Shown one piece after another: positions 9,640-20,269 of a DNA stretch of 64,000 nucleotides. The DNA is taken from NCBI GenBank assembly GCA_034002745.1, contig JAVEZY010000001.1, positions 15,428 to 79,427 of the forward strand, in the 5' to 3' direction. Below the pieces are notes generated by a model. It saw only the letters and a list, made by a program, of their open reading frames with translations. It was not told the origin of the DNA and did no database searches. The stretch is from Gammaproteobacteria bacterium (lineage in GTDB: Bacteria; Pseudomonadota; Gammaproteobacteria; SZUA-140). The position numbers were made by a program, and so were the translations under genes. Position 1 is the first letter of the stretch, and the number at the start of each line of letters is the position of its first letter.

Positions 9640-10272
9640 GTGAACGAAACCGTTGATACAGCTCGTCCCTATCGCAACGCCCGTTTCGTGCATGGCGCCG
9701 CGAGAGGCGTCCGCCTGCCCGCCGACAGTGGCCGCGAGGTTGCATTCGCGGGCCGCTCGAACTCGGGAAAGTCCAGTTCCATCAACACCATCACCGGCAG
9801 GCGCGCGCTTGCACGCACCAGTCGGACGCCGGGACGCACGCAGCAGATAAACTTTTTCGATCTCGACGACGACCGTCGCCTGGTCGATCTGCCGGGGTAT
9901 GGTTACGCCAAGGTCTCAGCTTCGCTGCGGCGGGACTGGCAGCCATTGATCGAGAATTATCTCAATGGCAGGCGCTCGCTCGTCGGCCTCGTCCTCACCG
10001 TCGATTGCCGTCGCGAACCGGGCGAACTCGATGCCATGCTCATCGAATGGTGCCGCCACACGGAGCTGCCTCTGCATGTGTTGCTGACCAAGGCAGACAA
10101 GCTGAGCCGCAATGCTGCCGCGCAGGCGCTCAGGCGCTGGCGCGAGTTTCTCGCTGCCGACGACCTGGTGTCCGTGCAGCTGTTCTCGGCGCTTTCCCGC
10201 CACGGAGTGGAGGACGCGCGCGCGAAACTGGCCGAATGGCTGGATTTCGAGCAAAAAAAAGCCCCAGTGTAG
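9640..10272 (+). CDS. engB: Ribosome biogenesis GTP-binding protein YihA/EngB
   Basis: A GTG start at 9640 gives about 210 aa. GRSNSGKSS G1 motif, DLPGYG and TKADK (G4) motifs are present. The gene is divergent from dsbA. Confidence 0.8.
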   Translation: MNETVDTARPYRNARFVHGAARGVRLPADSGREVAFAGRSNSGKSSSINTITGRRALARTSRTPGRTQQINFFDLDDDRRLVDLPGYGYAKVSASLRRDWQPLIENYLNGRRSLVGLVLTVDCRREPGELDAMLIEWCRHTELPLHVLLTKADKLSRNAAAQALRRWREFLAADDLVSVQLFSALSRHGVEDARAKLAEWLDFEQKKAPV

Positions 10273-10490
10273 AGAGAGGGAGGGAAGGCGACTGGGGCGA
10301 ACGTGCCCGGGCTTGGGGATTGCCGGGCTTCCACTCCCCTCGTCGGGGAACGGAAAACGGCGATTACCTGATAGACCGGGCATGTCGCGGAAAGTTCAGT
10401 CGGGGGGAAGAGCAAGGTCTTCAGGGAGAAAAGTGGTGGCCTGAACATGCCGTCCGATGACCGGGGCTGTTTTCCTCTGGCTGTCCGCGC

Positions 10491-13193
10491 CTAGTGCGCT
10501 TCGTCCCAGTTCAGTCCCGTGCCCACGTCGACTTCCAGCGGTACCGTGAGTTCGGCGGCCGCGGACATTTCCTGCGCGATTCGTTGCTTCGCTTCTTCCA
10601 GCCGGTCTTCCGGCACCTCGAAAACCAGTTCGTCGTGGACCTGCATGATCATGTGAATGCCGCTGGTTTCCTGCAGCCAGGCGTCGATGCGCAGCATTGC
10701 GCGCTTGATGATGTCGGCGGCGGTTCCCTGCATGGGCGCATTGATCGCGGCGCGCTCGGCGTATTCCCGCCGCTGGCGGTTGCGGGAAGCGATTTCTGGC
10801 AGGTACAGGCGGCGTCCGAACAGCGTTTCGACATGGCCACGTTCGGACGCCTCGGTGCGCGTGCGGTCCATGAATTCGCGAACACCGGGATAGCGGGCGA
10901 AGTAGCGATCCATGTAGCGCAGGGCCGCATCGCGGGGAATGCCGAGCTGGCGCGACAGGCCGAAAGCCGACATGCCATAGATCAGGCCAAAGTTGATGGC
11001 CTTCGCGCTGCGGCGCTGATCATCGTCCACTTGCTCGGGCGCCAGCCCGAAGATCTCGGCGGCGGTGGCGCGGTGAATGTCCATGCCGGCGCGGAATGCG
11101 GCGATGAGGCGTTCGTCACCCGAGAAATGCGCCAGGATCCGCAGCTCGATCTGTGAATAGTCCGCGGCGAGCAGGCGCTGTCCCGGAGGGGCGATGAATG
11201 CCTGGCGTATGCGGCGCCCGTATTCGCTGCGAATGGGAATGTTCTGCAGGTTCGGATTGCTGGAGGACAGGCGTCCGGTGGCCGCGACCGCCTGGTGGTA
11301 GCAGGTGTGGACGCGTCCGGTGCGGGGATGAATCTGTTCGGGCAGTCGATCGGTGTAAGTCGACTTGAGCTTGGACAGCGCGCGATGTTCCAGGATCAGG
11401 CGTGGCAGCGGATAGTCCAGCGCCAGCTCCTGCAGCACCGATTCGGCGGTGGAGGGCTGCCCGCCCGGTGTGCGGCGCGAGCAGGGCAGGTTCAGCTTGT
11501 CGAACAGAATGCGCTGGATCTGCTGCGGCGAGCCGAGATTGAACTCTTCGCCGGCGAGTGCATGGACCTCGGTTTCAAGTGCCTGCAGGCGAATGCCGAG
11601 TTCCCCGCTCTGCGCCTTCAGCAAGGGAGCATCGAGCAGAACGCCGTAGCATTCCATGCGCGCGAGCACTGGCATGAGCGGCATCTCGATCTCTTCGAAC
11701 ACCCGGCGCAGCCCGGGCTCGGCGTTCAGCGGCGGCGCCAGATGACGATGCAGTCGCAGGGTGACATCCGCATCCTCGGCGGCGTAGTGCGTGGCGGTAT
11801 CGACATCCACCGCGTCGAATGATTTCTGCTTCGCACCCTTGCCCGCCACTTCCTCGTAGCTCACCGTCTTGTGCCCGAGGTACTTCAGCGCCAGTGAATC
11901 CATGTCGTGGCGTGCCGCCGTGCTGTTGAGCACGTAGGATTCGAGCATCGTATCGGTGAGGTGACCCAGGCAGCGCATGCCATAGCGGTTCAGCACGCAA
12001 ATGTCGTACTTCAGGTTGTGACCGACCTTCTCCAGCGCAGGATCTTCAAGCAGCGGCTTGAGCTGTTCCAGCACCTCGTCGAGGGGAAGCTGCGCGGGTG
12101 CGTCCAGACCCGTATGTCCGAGCGGCACATAGGCCGCGACATTGGGTTCGGTCGAAAAGGAGACTCCGACCAGTTCGGCATCGATGATGTTCAGGCTGGT
12201 GGTTTCGGTGTCGAAGGCGAAGGTGCCGGCTTCGCGCAGGCGCTGCAGCCACGCCGCCAACGCTTCGCGGGTGAGCACCATTTCATAGTGCACCGGACCG
12301 GGTTCGGAGGCATTGGCGACGGGCGTTGCCTCGCGCTCCTCGGTCAGCACTTCCTCGAGCAGGCGATTGAATTCCAGCCGCTGGTAGAGCTCCCTGAGCG
12401 CCGGATAATCCGGGGCGCGCGGACGCAGATCGAGATCCTCATCGAGCGGAACGTCGCAGCGAATGGTGGCGAGTTGCTGGCCGAGCGGCAGCAGCTCGCG
12501 ATGCTCACGCAGCCTTTCCCCGAGCTTGCCCTTGATACCCTCGGCGGCCGCCAGAATGGCATCAATGGACCCGTATTCCCGCAGCAGCGAGGCCGCCGTC
12601 TTCGGGCCCACGCCGGGAACGCCGGGTATGTTGTCGGAGGTATCGCCGACGAGGGCGAGATAATCGATCATGCATGCAGGCGGCACGCCGAATTTCTGTT
12701 CGACGCCCGCGGGATCGAGGCGCTGCCGCGTCATCGTGTTGATGAGGGTGACTTGCGGCGACACCAGCTGGGCCATGTCCTTGTCGCCGGTGGAGATGAC
12801 GACCCGCATGCCGGCATCGTGCGCGCGCCTGGCGAGAGTGCCGATGACATCGTCGGCTTCCACGCCGTCGATCACTAGACAGGGCAGTCCCAGCGCCTTG
12901 ACAATGGCATGCAGCGGAGCGATCTGGCTGCGCAGATCATCGGGCATCGGGGGGCGATGGCTCTTGTACTGTTCATAGAGATCTTCCCGGAACGTTCTGC
13001 CAGGGGCATCGAAGACGACGGCGATGTGTTCTGGATCGAACTCGCGCAGCAGAGTGCGCAGCATATTGGTGACGCCGAGTATCGCGCCCGTGGCCTCGCC
13101 CCGCGAATTGGTGAGCGGCGGCAGGGCATGGTATGCGCGATAAAGGTAGGATGATCCGTCGACGAGGACGAGTGTCTGAGCGGGGGCGTTCAT
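10491..13193 (-). CDS. polA: DNA polymerase I
   Basis: 900 aa. 5'-3' exonuclease N-terminus (LVLVDGSSYLYRAYHA), 3'-5' exonuclease region and a C-terminal polymerase domain (RRSAKAINFGLIYGMSAFGL...QVHDELVFE). Confidence 0.95.
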   Translation of the reverse strand: MNAPAQTLVLVDGSSYLYRAYHALPPLTNSRGEATGAILGVTNMLRTLLREFDPEHIAVVFDAPGRTFREDLYEQYKSHRPPMPDDLRSQIAPLHAIVKALGLPCLVIDGVEADDVIGTLARRAHDAGMRVVISTGDKDMAQLVSPQVTLINTMTRQRLDPAGVEQKFGVPPACMIDYLALVGDTSDNIPGVPGVGPKTAASLLREYGSIDAILAAAEGIKGKLGERLREHRELLPLGQQLATIRCDVPLDEDLDLRPRAPDYPALRELYQRLEFNRLLEEVLTEEREATPVANASEPGPVHYEMVLTREALAAWLQRLREAGTFAFDTETTSLNIIDAELVGVSFSTEPNVAAYVPLGHTGLDAPAQLPLDEVLEQLKPLLEDPALEKVGHNLKYDICVLNRYGMRCLGHLTDTMLESYVLNSTAARHDMDSLALKYLGHKTVSYEEVAGKGAKQKSFDAVDVDTATHYAAEDADVTLRLHRHLAPPLNAEPGLRRVFEEIEMPLMPVLARMECYGVLLDAPLLKAQSGELGIRLQALETEVHALAGEEFNLGSPQQIQRILFDKLNLPCSRRTPGGQPSTAESVLQELALDYPLPRLILEHRALSKLKSTYTDRLPEQIHPRTGRVHTCYHQAVAATGRLSSSNPNLQNIPIRSEYGRRIRQAFIAPPGQRLLAADYSQIELRILAHFSGDERLIAAFRAGMDIHRATAAEIFGLAPEQVDDDQRRSAKAINFGLIYGMSAFGLSRQLGIPRDAALRYMDRYFARYPGVREFMDRTRTEASERGHVETLFGRRLYLPEIASRNRQRREYAERAAINAPMQGTAADIIKRAMLRIDAWLQETSGIHMIMQVHDELVFEVPEDRLEEAKQRIAQEMSAAAELTVPLEVDVGTGLNWDEAH

Positions 13194-13249
13194 CTGGTTG
13201 GATTATACTATGTGACCGTCAATAGCGGCGGGCAGGGGATCTGAATGGA

Positions 13250-13975
13250 ATGAGTGATATTCACGAGAGGGCGCAGCGCGGTCGCAGACCGGTCAGCGAC
13301 GAGATGCTGGTGCGAGAATCCTGGAAGATCTTCCAGATCATGGCCGAATTCGTGGAAGGCTTCGAGCGCCTGGCGCACATCAAGCCGTCGGTCAGCATTT
13401 TCGGCTCCGCGCGCGCCCCGGTGGACAGTCCCTGGTACCGCCTGACCGAAGACATCGGGCGACTGCTGTCGCAGTCGGGCTTCTGCGTCGTGACGGGCGG
13501 CGGGCCGGGGCTGATGGAGGCGGCGAACAAGGGGGCGTTCGCCGGCAAGGCGCCGACCGTCGGTCTGAACATTCAGCTTCCACGCGAGCAGATATCCAAT
13601 CCGTATCAGGACATCGCCCTTAGCTTTCGCCATTTCTTCGCGCGCAAGGTGATGTTCGTGAAATACGCTTCCGCTTATGTCATCCTGCCGGGCGGTTACG
13701 GCACGCTGGATGAGCTGGCCGAAATCCTGACGCTGGTGCAGACGGGGCGGACGAGACGCATCCCCATTATCCTGGTGGGCAGCGATTTCTGGCGCGGGCT
13801 GGTCGACTGGTTCAGGCACTCGCTGAAGCAGCAGGGCGCCATCGATGAGGCCGATCTGGATCTGTTCGAGGTGGTCGACGAGCCGCAGGAGGTGGTCGAT
13901 CGCATCTTCGCCTTCTATGAGCATCGAGGCTTCGAGCCGTCGGCCGAAGAACGTGAAATTCTGCTCGACCTTTGA
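13250..13975 (+). CDS. LOG family (TIGR00730) Rossmann-fold nucleotide-binding protein
   Basis: SIFGSARAP...VVTGGGPGLMEAANKGA...PGGYGTLDE match LOG/TIGR00730 signature motifs. Confidence 0.85.
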   Translation: MSDIHERAQRGRRPVSDEMLVRESWKIFQIMAEFVEGFERLAHIKPSVSIFGSARAPVDSPWYRLTEDIGRLLSQSGFCVVTGGGPGLMEAANKGAFAGKAPTVGLNIQLPREQISNPYQDIALSFRHFFARKVMFVKYASAYVILPGGYGTLDELAEILTLVQTGRTRRIPIILVGSDFWRGLVDWFRHSLKQQGAIDEADLDLFEVVDEPQEVVDRIFAFYEHRGFEPSAEEREILLDL

Positions 13976-13985
13976 GGAAGCCGCA

Positions 13986-14333
13986 ATGAAGACAAGCCGA
14001 GTCTGGAGCGCGCTGTCCGCCTTCGCTGCCCTGATCGTGTTCTTGGTTCAGGCCGCGTGGGCGGCCGCTCCGGCGCCCGTGATACCCGAGTCCCGCCCGG
14101 GAACGACTCCGCAAATGCTCGACGAGGAGCCGGAAGTCACCATCGTGCCTCGCGGCAGCGATGTCATCGAGGAGTACCGTATCCAGGGGCGCCTCTACAT
14201 GATCCGCGTCATTCCCAGCCGCGGCGTACCGTACTTCCTCGTCGATACGGACGGGGATGGCGACCTCGAGACCCGCCGCAACGAGCTCACCGAGGATCTG
14301 CTCATTCCGAGCTGGACGCTGTTCCGCTGGTAG
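13986..14333 (+). CDS. Small secreted protein (DUF2782-like)
   Basis: Signal peptide MKTSRVWSALSAFAALIVFLVQAAWAA. The C-terminal EEYRIQGRLYMIRVIPSRGVPYFLVDTDGDGDLE motif and the position next to polA match DUF2782 proteins of pseudomonads. Assignment is from memory. Confidence 0.45.
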   Translation: MKTSRVWSALSAFAALIVFLVQAAWAAAPAPVIPESRPGTTPQMLDEEPEVTIVPRGSDVIEEYRIQGRLYMIRVIPSRGVPYFLVDTDGDGDLETRRNELTEDLLIPSWTLFRW

Positions 14334-14411
14334 GGCCGGCAGGAGGGGCGCTGCTGGCGCTGATGCTATAATCGTCCGCATCAAAGATGCGTCCACGACG
14401 CCTCCGGATCC

Positions 14412-15281
14412 ATGAATCTCACCCTCGACTGGAAACGAACCGCGGATCTGCTGCTCGCCGAGCGGATGCAGGAGCGGCTGGCCTTCGCCACCCGGCTGCT
14501 GCTGCTCGCCCTGCTGGCGGTAACCCTGGCCGGACTCACCTGGCGCCTGCTCGATCCGGGTGATAGCGTTGCCCCGCCCGTTTCGCCACGCGCCGCGCCG
14601 CCAGCACAGGCCGGCGGCAACTGGAATCTGGCCCGCTGGCATCTGTTCGGGGAGGCGCCGGTCGCCGGATCGGTCGCTGCTCCGATCGAAACGCTCCCCG
14701 AGACCAGGCTGAATCTCGTCCTGAGGGGGGTGGTCGCTGGGGAGAACGGCGGCGCGATCATCGGCACTCCGAACGGCAATGAATCCTTCTATACGATCGA
14801 TGCCCGTCTGCCGGGCGGGGCTGTGCTCCGGGAAGTGTATGGCGACCGGGTGGTTCTGGAGCGGTCCGGGCAGCGGGAAACCCTGCGCCTGCCGCGCGAG
14901 AGTCTGGATGCCAGTCCGCCGCCGGCTGCCCGGCCGGTGATCGAAGAGCCGCAGGTGCTGGAGCCGGAGATGAGCCTGAATCAGTATCGCGACCTCGCCC
15001 TGCAGAATCCTGCACAGCTCGCCGAGGTGGTCCAGGTGGCGCCGCGCAACGAGGGCGGACGCTTCGTGGGCTATGAAGTGCAGCCGGGGCGCGATCCCGG
15101 GCTGCTCAACCGGGTGGGCCTGATGCCGGGGGATGTGGTCACTTCCGTCAACGGCATCTCGCTGGATACCCCCGCCCGGGCGCTGGGTGTGTTGCGCAGC
15201 CTGCGGGGGCGCAACGAGGTCACCATCCAGATTCAGCGCGGAGGCGTTCCCCGGACGCTTTCGGTGAACCTCCAGGACTGA
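14412..15281 (+). CDS. GspC-like protein (N-terminal TM, C-terminal PDZ domain), orphan
   Basis: 289 aa. A single transmembrane helix near the N-terminus and a C-terminal PDZ-like segment ([33 protein letters not shown]), as in type II secretion GspC. No other T2SS genes are in the window. Confidence 0.5.
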   Translation: MNLTLDWKRTADLLLAERMQERLAFATRLLLLALLAVTLAGLTWRLLDPGDSVAPPVSPRAAPPAQAGGNWNLARWHLFGEAPVAGSVAAPIETLPETRLNLVLRGVVAGENGGAIIGTPNGNESFYTIDARLPGGAVLREVYGDRVVLERSGQRETLRLPRESLDASPPPAARPVIEEPQVLEPEMSLNQYRDLALQNPAQLAEVVQVAPRNEGGRFVGYEVQPGRDPGLLNRVGLMPGDVVTSVNGISLDTPARALGVLRSLRGRNEVTIQIQRGGVPRTLSVNLQD

Positions 15282-15294
15282 CACGCCCACCCGC

Positions 15295-15324
15295 TTGTGA
15301 GCGGCGCCGGTTCTGCTCTACAAT
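15295..15324 (+). promoter_or_regulatory. Putative sigma70 promoter of rpmE (TTGTGA-18 bp-TACAAT)
   Basis: A -35-like TTGTGA hexamer at 15295-15300 and a -10 TACAAT at 15319-15324, separated by 18 bp, lie about 50 nt upstream of the rpmE start. Confidence 0.4.
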
Positions 15325-15376
15325 AGCCGGTCTTTTCGGCCCGGCCGACCTGCCGGGGGTCATGAGGAATTTTCAG

Positions 15377-15583
<207 letters not shown>

Positions 15584-15608
15584 CCTTTCGCGCCGCAGCG
15601 GTTTGCGA

Positions 15609-16514
15609 ATGAAGGATCACAGAAAGGCGCGCCATTGGCGCGCCTTTTCATTTTTCGGACTCCTCGTCCTCGGCGCCGGGTCGGCTCTGGCCGACGGACA
15701 GGCCCTGGACTGCGGGCCGAATGGTATCGACGAGCGGGCGATCGTCGAGCGGGTACACGATGGCGATACGCTGCGCCTGCGTGACGGGCGGACCGTCCGG
15801 CTCATCGGCATCAACGCGCCGGAACTCGCACGCCGCGACGGCAGTACACCTGCCGAGGCGCACGCCGCACGTGCCCGCGAAGCCCTTGAAAGTCTGACGC
15901 CCCCCGGCAGCAAGGTCGATCTCGATTTCGACGCCGACCGCGAGGATCGCTACGGACGCCTGCTGGCCCACATCTATCTGGTGCAGGGCCAGGAGCGCGA
16001 CGTGCAACAGATGCTGCTGGAGCAGGGCCACGCCTTCGCCATCGTGGTGCCGCCCAACGCAGGCAAGGCCGCATGCTACCGTTACGCAGAGCGGCGCGCG
16101 CGTGAGCGCAGGGCCGGGCTGTGGGCGTTGCCTGATTACGAGCCGGTGCCCGCGGACGGGTTGGAGCCCGGCGCTTCAGGATTTCGCCTGATCAGGGGGC
16201 GCGTGGACCGGGTGGCGGAAACCCGCGGATCCTGGTGGCTGGATCTGGAGGGGGGCACTTCGCTGCGCATCCTCAAGGCGGACATGCTCAACTTTCGGGA
16301 TTATCCCCTCGCCGGCCTGGCGGGCCAGATGGTCGAGGCCAGAGGGTGGCTGGTCCCCCGTCGTGGCGGGCGTCCCGGCAGCATCATGAATCTGCGCCAT
16401 CCCGCGGTGCTGGAGATCGTCCCGGCGCCTTCGGAATTCACCACGACCGGCGCAGGGGATGCGGGGCCGGCGGGGGACCCATTTGCAGAGCACCGTGCTA
16501 TCCCGGATAATTGA
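15609..16514 (+). CDS. Secreted thermonuclease (SNase-like) family protein with C-terminal extension
   Basis: Signal peptide ([16 protein letters not shown]). HDGDTLRL...RLIGINAPE...[10 protein letters not shown] match SNase catalytic-core motifs. About 130 extra C-terminal residues of unknown function follow. Confidence 0.7.
   Translation: MKDHRKARHWRAFSFFGLLVLGAGSALADGQALDCGPNGIDERAIVERVHDGDTLRLRDGRTVRLIGINAPELARRDGSTPAEAHAARAREALESLTPPGSKVDLDFDADREDRYGRLLAHIYLVQGQERDVQQMLLEQGHAFAIVVPPNAGKAACYRYAERRARERRAGLWALPDYEPVPADGLEPGASGFRLIRGRVDRVAETRGSWWLDLEGGTSLRILKADMLNFRDYPLAGLAGQMVEARGWLVPRRGGRPGSIMNLRHPAVLEIVPAPSEFTTTGAGDAGPAGDPFAEHRAIPDN
15623..15657 (+). terminator. Rho-independent terminator after rpmE (GC hairpin plus T-tract)
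   Basis: AAAGGCGCGCCA-TT-GGCGCGCCTTTTCATTTTT is a perfect GC stem followed by a T-run. It lies inside the first 50 nt of the downstream nuclease ORF. Confidence 0.6.
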
Positions 16515-16546
16515 CTGTCTTTTTTGGACCTTTTCGGCAAAGAGCG

Positions 16547-17842
16547 ATGACCACAGACATCAAGCAGGCCGCCCTGGATTACCATGCCCAGCCCACGCCG
16601 GGAAAGATCGGAATAGCGATCACCAAGCCCTGCGCCACGCAACGCGATCTCGGACTCGCCTACACTCCGGGCGTAGCCGAACCGGTGCGAGCCATCGCGC
16701 GCGATCCGGAAGAAGCCTATCGCTACACCGCCAAGGGCAATCTGGTCGCGGTCATCACCGATGGCACCGCGGTCCTCGGACTGGGCGCGGTCGGTGCGCT
16801 GGCCGGCAAGCCGGTGATGGAAGGCAAGGCGGTGCTCTTCAAGCGGTTCGCGGATATCGATGTGTTCGACATCGAAGTCGAAGCGCCGACGCCGGAAGCG
16901 TTCATCGAAACGGTGGTCCATATCGCACCGACCTTCGGCGGGATCAATCTCGAGGACATCACCGCGCCGCGCTGTTTCGAGATCGAAAAGGCGCTACGCC
17001 AGCGACTCGATATTCCGGTCTTCCACGACGACCAGCATGGGACCGCGGTGATCACGGGCGCCGGCCTGCTCAATGCGCTCGAATTGCAGGGCAAGACCAT
17101 CGATGAGGCGCGCATCGTTTGTGTGGGCGCCGGCGCTGCCGGCATTGCCTCGATGCGTCTGCTCGTCGCACTCGGCGCGCGTCGGGACAACATCCGTCTG
17201 GTCGATCGCTCCGGCGTCATCCATGACGGACGCACGGATCTGAACGAATACAAGCGCGAGTTCGCGGTGCACGCCACCGAGCGCACACTCGACGATGTCA
17301 TCACCGGCGCTGACGTATTCATTGGTCTCTCGGGTCCGAATATCCTGAGCGCGGAGCAGGTCAAGCGCATGGCCGCGCGGCCGATCGTGTTCGCGCTTTC
17401 CAATCCCGACCCTGAAATCGATCCCGCGGTCGCGCTTGCCGCTCGTGCCGATCTCATCATGGCGACCGGCCGTTCGGACTATCCGAACCAGGTGAACAAT
17501 GTGCTCGGCTTCCCCTTCATTTTCCGCGGCGCGCTGGATGTCCGCGCATCGACCATCAACGATGAGATGCTGGTTGCCGCCGTACATGCGCTGGCGGCGC
17601 TCGCGCGCGAGCCGGTGCCCCAGGAAGTGCTCTCGGCCTATCGCCTGGAGGAACTGGCGTTCGGTCCCACCTACATCATTCCCAAGCCGCTCGATCCCCG
17701 GCTGATCGATCGTGTGCCGCCGGCAGTGGCTGCGGCGGCGGTCGACTCCGGCATCGCCCGGCGTGCTTATCCTGCATCGTATCCGCGCGTCGGGCGCATC
17801 GAGGCCGCCGCCGCGGAGCGTGCAACGGCGCTGGAAGGATGA
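16547..17842 (+). CDS. NAD(P)-dependent malic enzyme (short form, no PTA domain)
   Basis: About 430 aa. [27 protein letters not shown] and the NAD-binding VGAGAAG motif match malic enzyme. Confidence 0.85.
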   Translation: MTTDIKQAALDYHAQPTPGKIGIAITKPCATQRDLGLAYTPGVAEPVRAIARDPEEAYRYTAKGNLVAVITDGTAVLGLGAVGALAGKPVMEGKAVLFKRFADIDVFDIEVEAPTPEAFIETVVHIAPTFGGINLEDITAPRCFEIEKALRQRLDIPVFHDDQHGTAVITGAGLLNALELQGKTIDEARIVCVGAGAAGIASMRLLVALGARRDNIRLVDRSGVIHDGRTDLNEYKREFAVHATERTLDDVITGADVFIGLSGPNILSAEQVKRMAARPIVFALSNPDPEIDPAVALAARADLIMATGRSDYPNQVNNVLGFPFIFRGALDVRASTINDEMLVAAVHALAALAREPVPQEVLSAYRLEELAFGPTYIIPKPLDPRLIDRVPPAVAAAAVDSGIARRAYPASYPRVGRIEAAAAERATALEG

Positions 17843-17946
17843 TTCAATAAACTTCTGGCCCTGCCCGACGAGCGCGCCGGCGGCGCCTGTCGATAGCGCG
17901 CCTGCCGGCCGCGGTTCAGTGATCTGAACGCAGGCAAGGAGCAGCC

Positions 17947-18867
17947 ATGAAGAAAATCACCATCGTCGGCGCCGGTCGCGTGGGCGAATCCACGGCGCAG
18001 ATCCTGGCCCGCCAGGAATGTTTCGCCGAGGTGACGCTCACCGATATCCGCCAGGGAGTCGCGCGGGGGACCGCGCTGGACATCCAGGAATCAGCGCAGC
18101 TGTTCGGCTTCGATACGCTGGTGACCGGTGATGATGATCCGGCAGCCATGAGCGGGTCCGACATCGTGGTAATAACCGCGGGGCTACCGCGCAAGCCGGG
18201 AATGTCGCGCAGCGATGTGTTGGACACCAACCTGCGGGTGGTCCGCGCGGTCGTCGACGATGTCATGCGTCATGCGCCGGACGCGATCCTGGTCATGGTG
18301 ACCAATCCGGTTGACGTGCTCACCTACGCGGCATGGAAACAGACCGGCTGGGAACGCAGGCGCGTATTCGGACTCTCCGGAGTGCTCGATGCGGCTCGCA
18401 TGGCGAGCTTCATCGCGCTGGAAACGGGCTTCTCGACTCGCGACATCACTGCCCTGGTACTGGGCGGGCATGGCGACGCGATGGTGCCGATGTCACGCTA
18501 TACGACGATCAACGGCATTCCGGTCGATCACTTCATCGACGCGGATCGTATCGCGGCGATCATCCAGCGCACGCGCGGCGGTGGAGCCGAGATCCTGGCG
18601 CTGAAGAAGACGAGCAGCGCCAACGATTCGCCGGCTGCGGCGGTGGCGGTGATGATCGATGCGGTGTGCAGCAATCGCCGGCGCATCCTGCCCTGCGTCG
18701 GCGTGCTCGACGGAGAGTATGGTGAGCGGGATATCGCCATCGGGGTGCCGCTGGTCATCGGCAGAGCGGGCGCCGAAAGGGTGATCGAACTGCCGCTGCT
18801 GGAGGGGGAGCGGCAAGCCTTCGCGGCTTCGGTCGCCCAACTGCGCGAGGATATGGCGACCCTATGA
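17947..18867 (+). CDS. mdh: Malate dehydrogenase (LDH-like type)
   Basis: [15 protein letters not shown] Rossmann N-terminus, [13 protein letters not shown] and MVTNPVD motifs. 306 aa. Confidence 0.9.
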   Translation: MKKITIVGAGRVGESTAQILARQECFAEVTLTDIRQGVARGTALDIQESAQLFGFDTLVTGDDDPAAMSGSDIVVITAGLPRKPGMSRSDVLDTNLRVVRAVVDDVMRHAPDAILVMVTNPVDVLTYAAWKQTGWERRRVFGLSGVLDAARMASFIALETGFSTRDITALVLGGHGDAMVPMSRYTTINGIPVDHFIDADRIAAIIQRTRGGGAEILALKKTSSANDSPAAAVAVMIDAVCSNRRRILPCVGVLDGEYGERDIAIGVPLVIGRAGAERVIELPLLEGERQAFAASVAQLREDMATL

Positions 18868-18899
18868 ACGAACAGGGAGCAACAGGAGGCGGAACGTCC

Positions 18900-20207
18900 A
18901 TGAAGAACCAAACCGTGACGCTCACCGACAATGCCACTGGCAAGACGATCGAACTCCCGGTCCGCCAGGGATCGATCGGGCCCGCGGCAATCGATATCAC
19001 GAGACTGTACCGGGAATTCGGCTACCTGACCTACGATCCGGGCTTCCAGTCGACCGCCAGCTGCCGCAGCGGAATCACCTTCATCGATGGTGATGAGGGC
19101 GTTCTGCTCTACCGTGGCTATCCCATCGAACAACTGGCGGAACGGAGCACCTTCCTGGAGGTCGCTTATCTGCTGCTCTACGGTGAGCTGCCGGACCGTG
19201 ACAGTCTGATGACATTCGAGCGCGTCATCAGCCGTCATACCATGATCAAGGAGAGCCTGCGCAGTTTCTACCAGGGCTTCTATCACGACGCACATCCGAT
19301 GGCGAGCATGGTCGGTGTGGTCGGTTCGCTGTCGGCTTTCTATCACGATTCGACCGACATCTACGATCCGGTGCATCGGGAGCTCGCAGCGCATCGCATG
19401 ATCGGCAAGATGCCGACGATCGCGGCCAGCTGTCACAAATATTCGATCGGCGAACCTTTCATATATCCAAAGAACAGCCTGAGCTACTGCGGCAATCTGC
19501 TGCACATGATGTTTTCGTTGCCGAGCGAGGAGTATGAAGTCGATCCGATCGCCGAGCGCGCGCTCGACATGATCTTCATCCTGCACGCGGACCACGAGCA
19601 GAATGCAAGCACGGCTACCGTGCGCCTGTCCGGAAGCTCGGGTGCGAATCCGTTCGCCTGTATCTCCTCGGGCATCACCGCGCTGTGGGGGCCGGCTCAC
19701 GGTGGTGCCAACGAGGCGGTGCTTCACATGCTCGGCGAGATCGGTCACGTCGGCAACATCGCCCGCTACATCGACAAGGCGAAGGATCGCAACGATCCTT
19801 TCCGGCTGATGGGATTCGGCCATCGCGTCTACAAGAACTACGATCCGCGTGCCAAGATCATCCGCAAGATGTGTCACGAGGTGCTGAGCAAGTTCGGCGA
19901 TTCCAGCGACCCGTTTTTCGAACTCGCCCTGCGGCTGGAAGAGATCGCGCTGCAGGACGAATACTTCATCGAGCGGCAGCTTTATCCCAATGTGGACTTC
20001 TATTCCGGCATCATCTACCGCGCGCTCGGCATACCCGCCAATATGTTCACGGTGATGTTCGCCATTGCCCGCACCGTCGGCTGGGTGGCGCAATGGATGG
20101 AGATGATCGGAGAGCCGGACCAGCGTATCGGACGCCCGCGCCAGATCTATTCAGGCCATGCGCGGCGCGACTACGTGGCGATGGACGAGAGGAAAGGGAA
20201 AGGCTGA
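18900..20207 (+). CDS. gltA: Citrate synthase (type II)
   Basis: Collinear with E. coli GltA throughout. [14 protein letters not shown] and [14 protein letters not shown] catalytic motifs are present. An AGGAGG motif lies 10 nt upstream of the ATG at 18900. Confidence 0.9.
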   Translation: MKNQTVTLTDNATGKTIELPVRQGSIGPAAIDITRLYREFGYLTYDPGFQSTASCRSGITFIDGDEGVLLYRGYPIEQLAERSTFLEVAYLLLYGELPDRDSLMTFERVISRHTMIKESLRSFYQGFYHDAHPMASMVGVVGSLSAFYHDSTDIYDPVHRELAAHRMIGKMPTIAASCHKYSIGEPFIYPKNSLSYCGNLLHMMFSLPSEEYEVDPIAERALDMIFILHADHEQNASTATVRLSGSSGANPFACISSGITALWGPAHGGANEAVLHMLGEIGHVGNIARYIDKAKDRNDPFRLMGFGHRVYKNYDPRAKIIRKMCHEVLSKFGDSSDPFFELALRLEEIALQDEYFIERQLYPNVDFYSGIIYRALGIPANMFTVMFAIARTVGWVAQWMEMIGEPDQRIGRPRQIYSGHARRDYVAMDERKGKG

Positions 20208-20213
20208 ATAGCG

Positions 20214-20253
20214 AAAAGGGGGCGCTCCCTTCTTGAGGGGAGCGCCCCCTTTT
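20214..20253. terminator. Bidirectional rho-independent terminator between gltA and ponA
   Basis: AAAAGGGGGCGCTCCC-ttcttga-GGGGAGCGCCCCCTTTT is a perfect 16-bp stem flanked by an A-run and a T-run. It can terminate the convergent genes on both strands. Confidence 0.7.
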
Positions 20254-20269
20254 CCCTTTCCCCTTTCCC

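Noticed and set aside
10253-10260. A8 homopolymer at the 3' end of engB (possible slippage or phase-variation tract)
   Set aside because: It only affects the last three or four codons. There is no evidence of regulation, and it is common by chance.
10494-12878. Plus-strand ORFs (220 and 323 aa) antisense to polA, and similar antisense ORFs opposite the ALS gene, dgt, hemE, argS, priA and comM
   Set aside because: They overlap confidently assigned genes on the other strand, have no domain signatures and show a biased Arg/Ala/Gly composition, as expected for GC-rich antisense frames.
18528-20093. 521-aa ORF on the minus strand spanning mdh and gltA
   Set aside because: It is antisense to two genes with strong collinear homology (mdh, citrate synthase). 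Long antisense ORFs are expected in a roughly 65% GC genome. It has no recognisable motifs.
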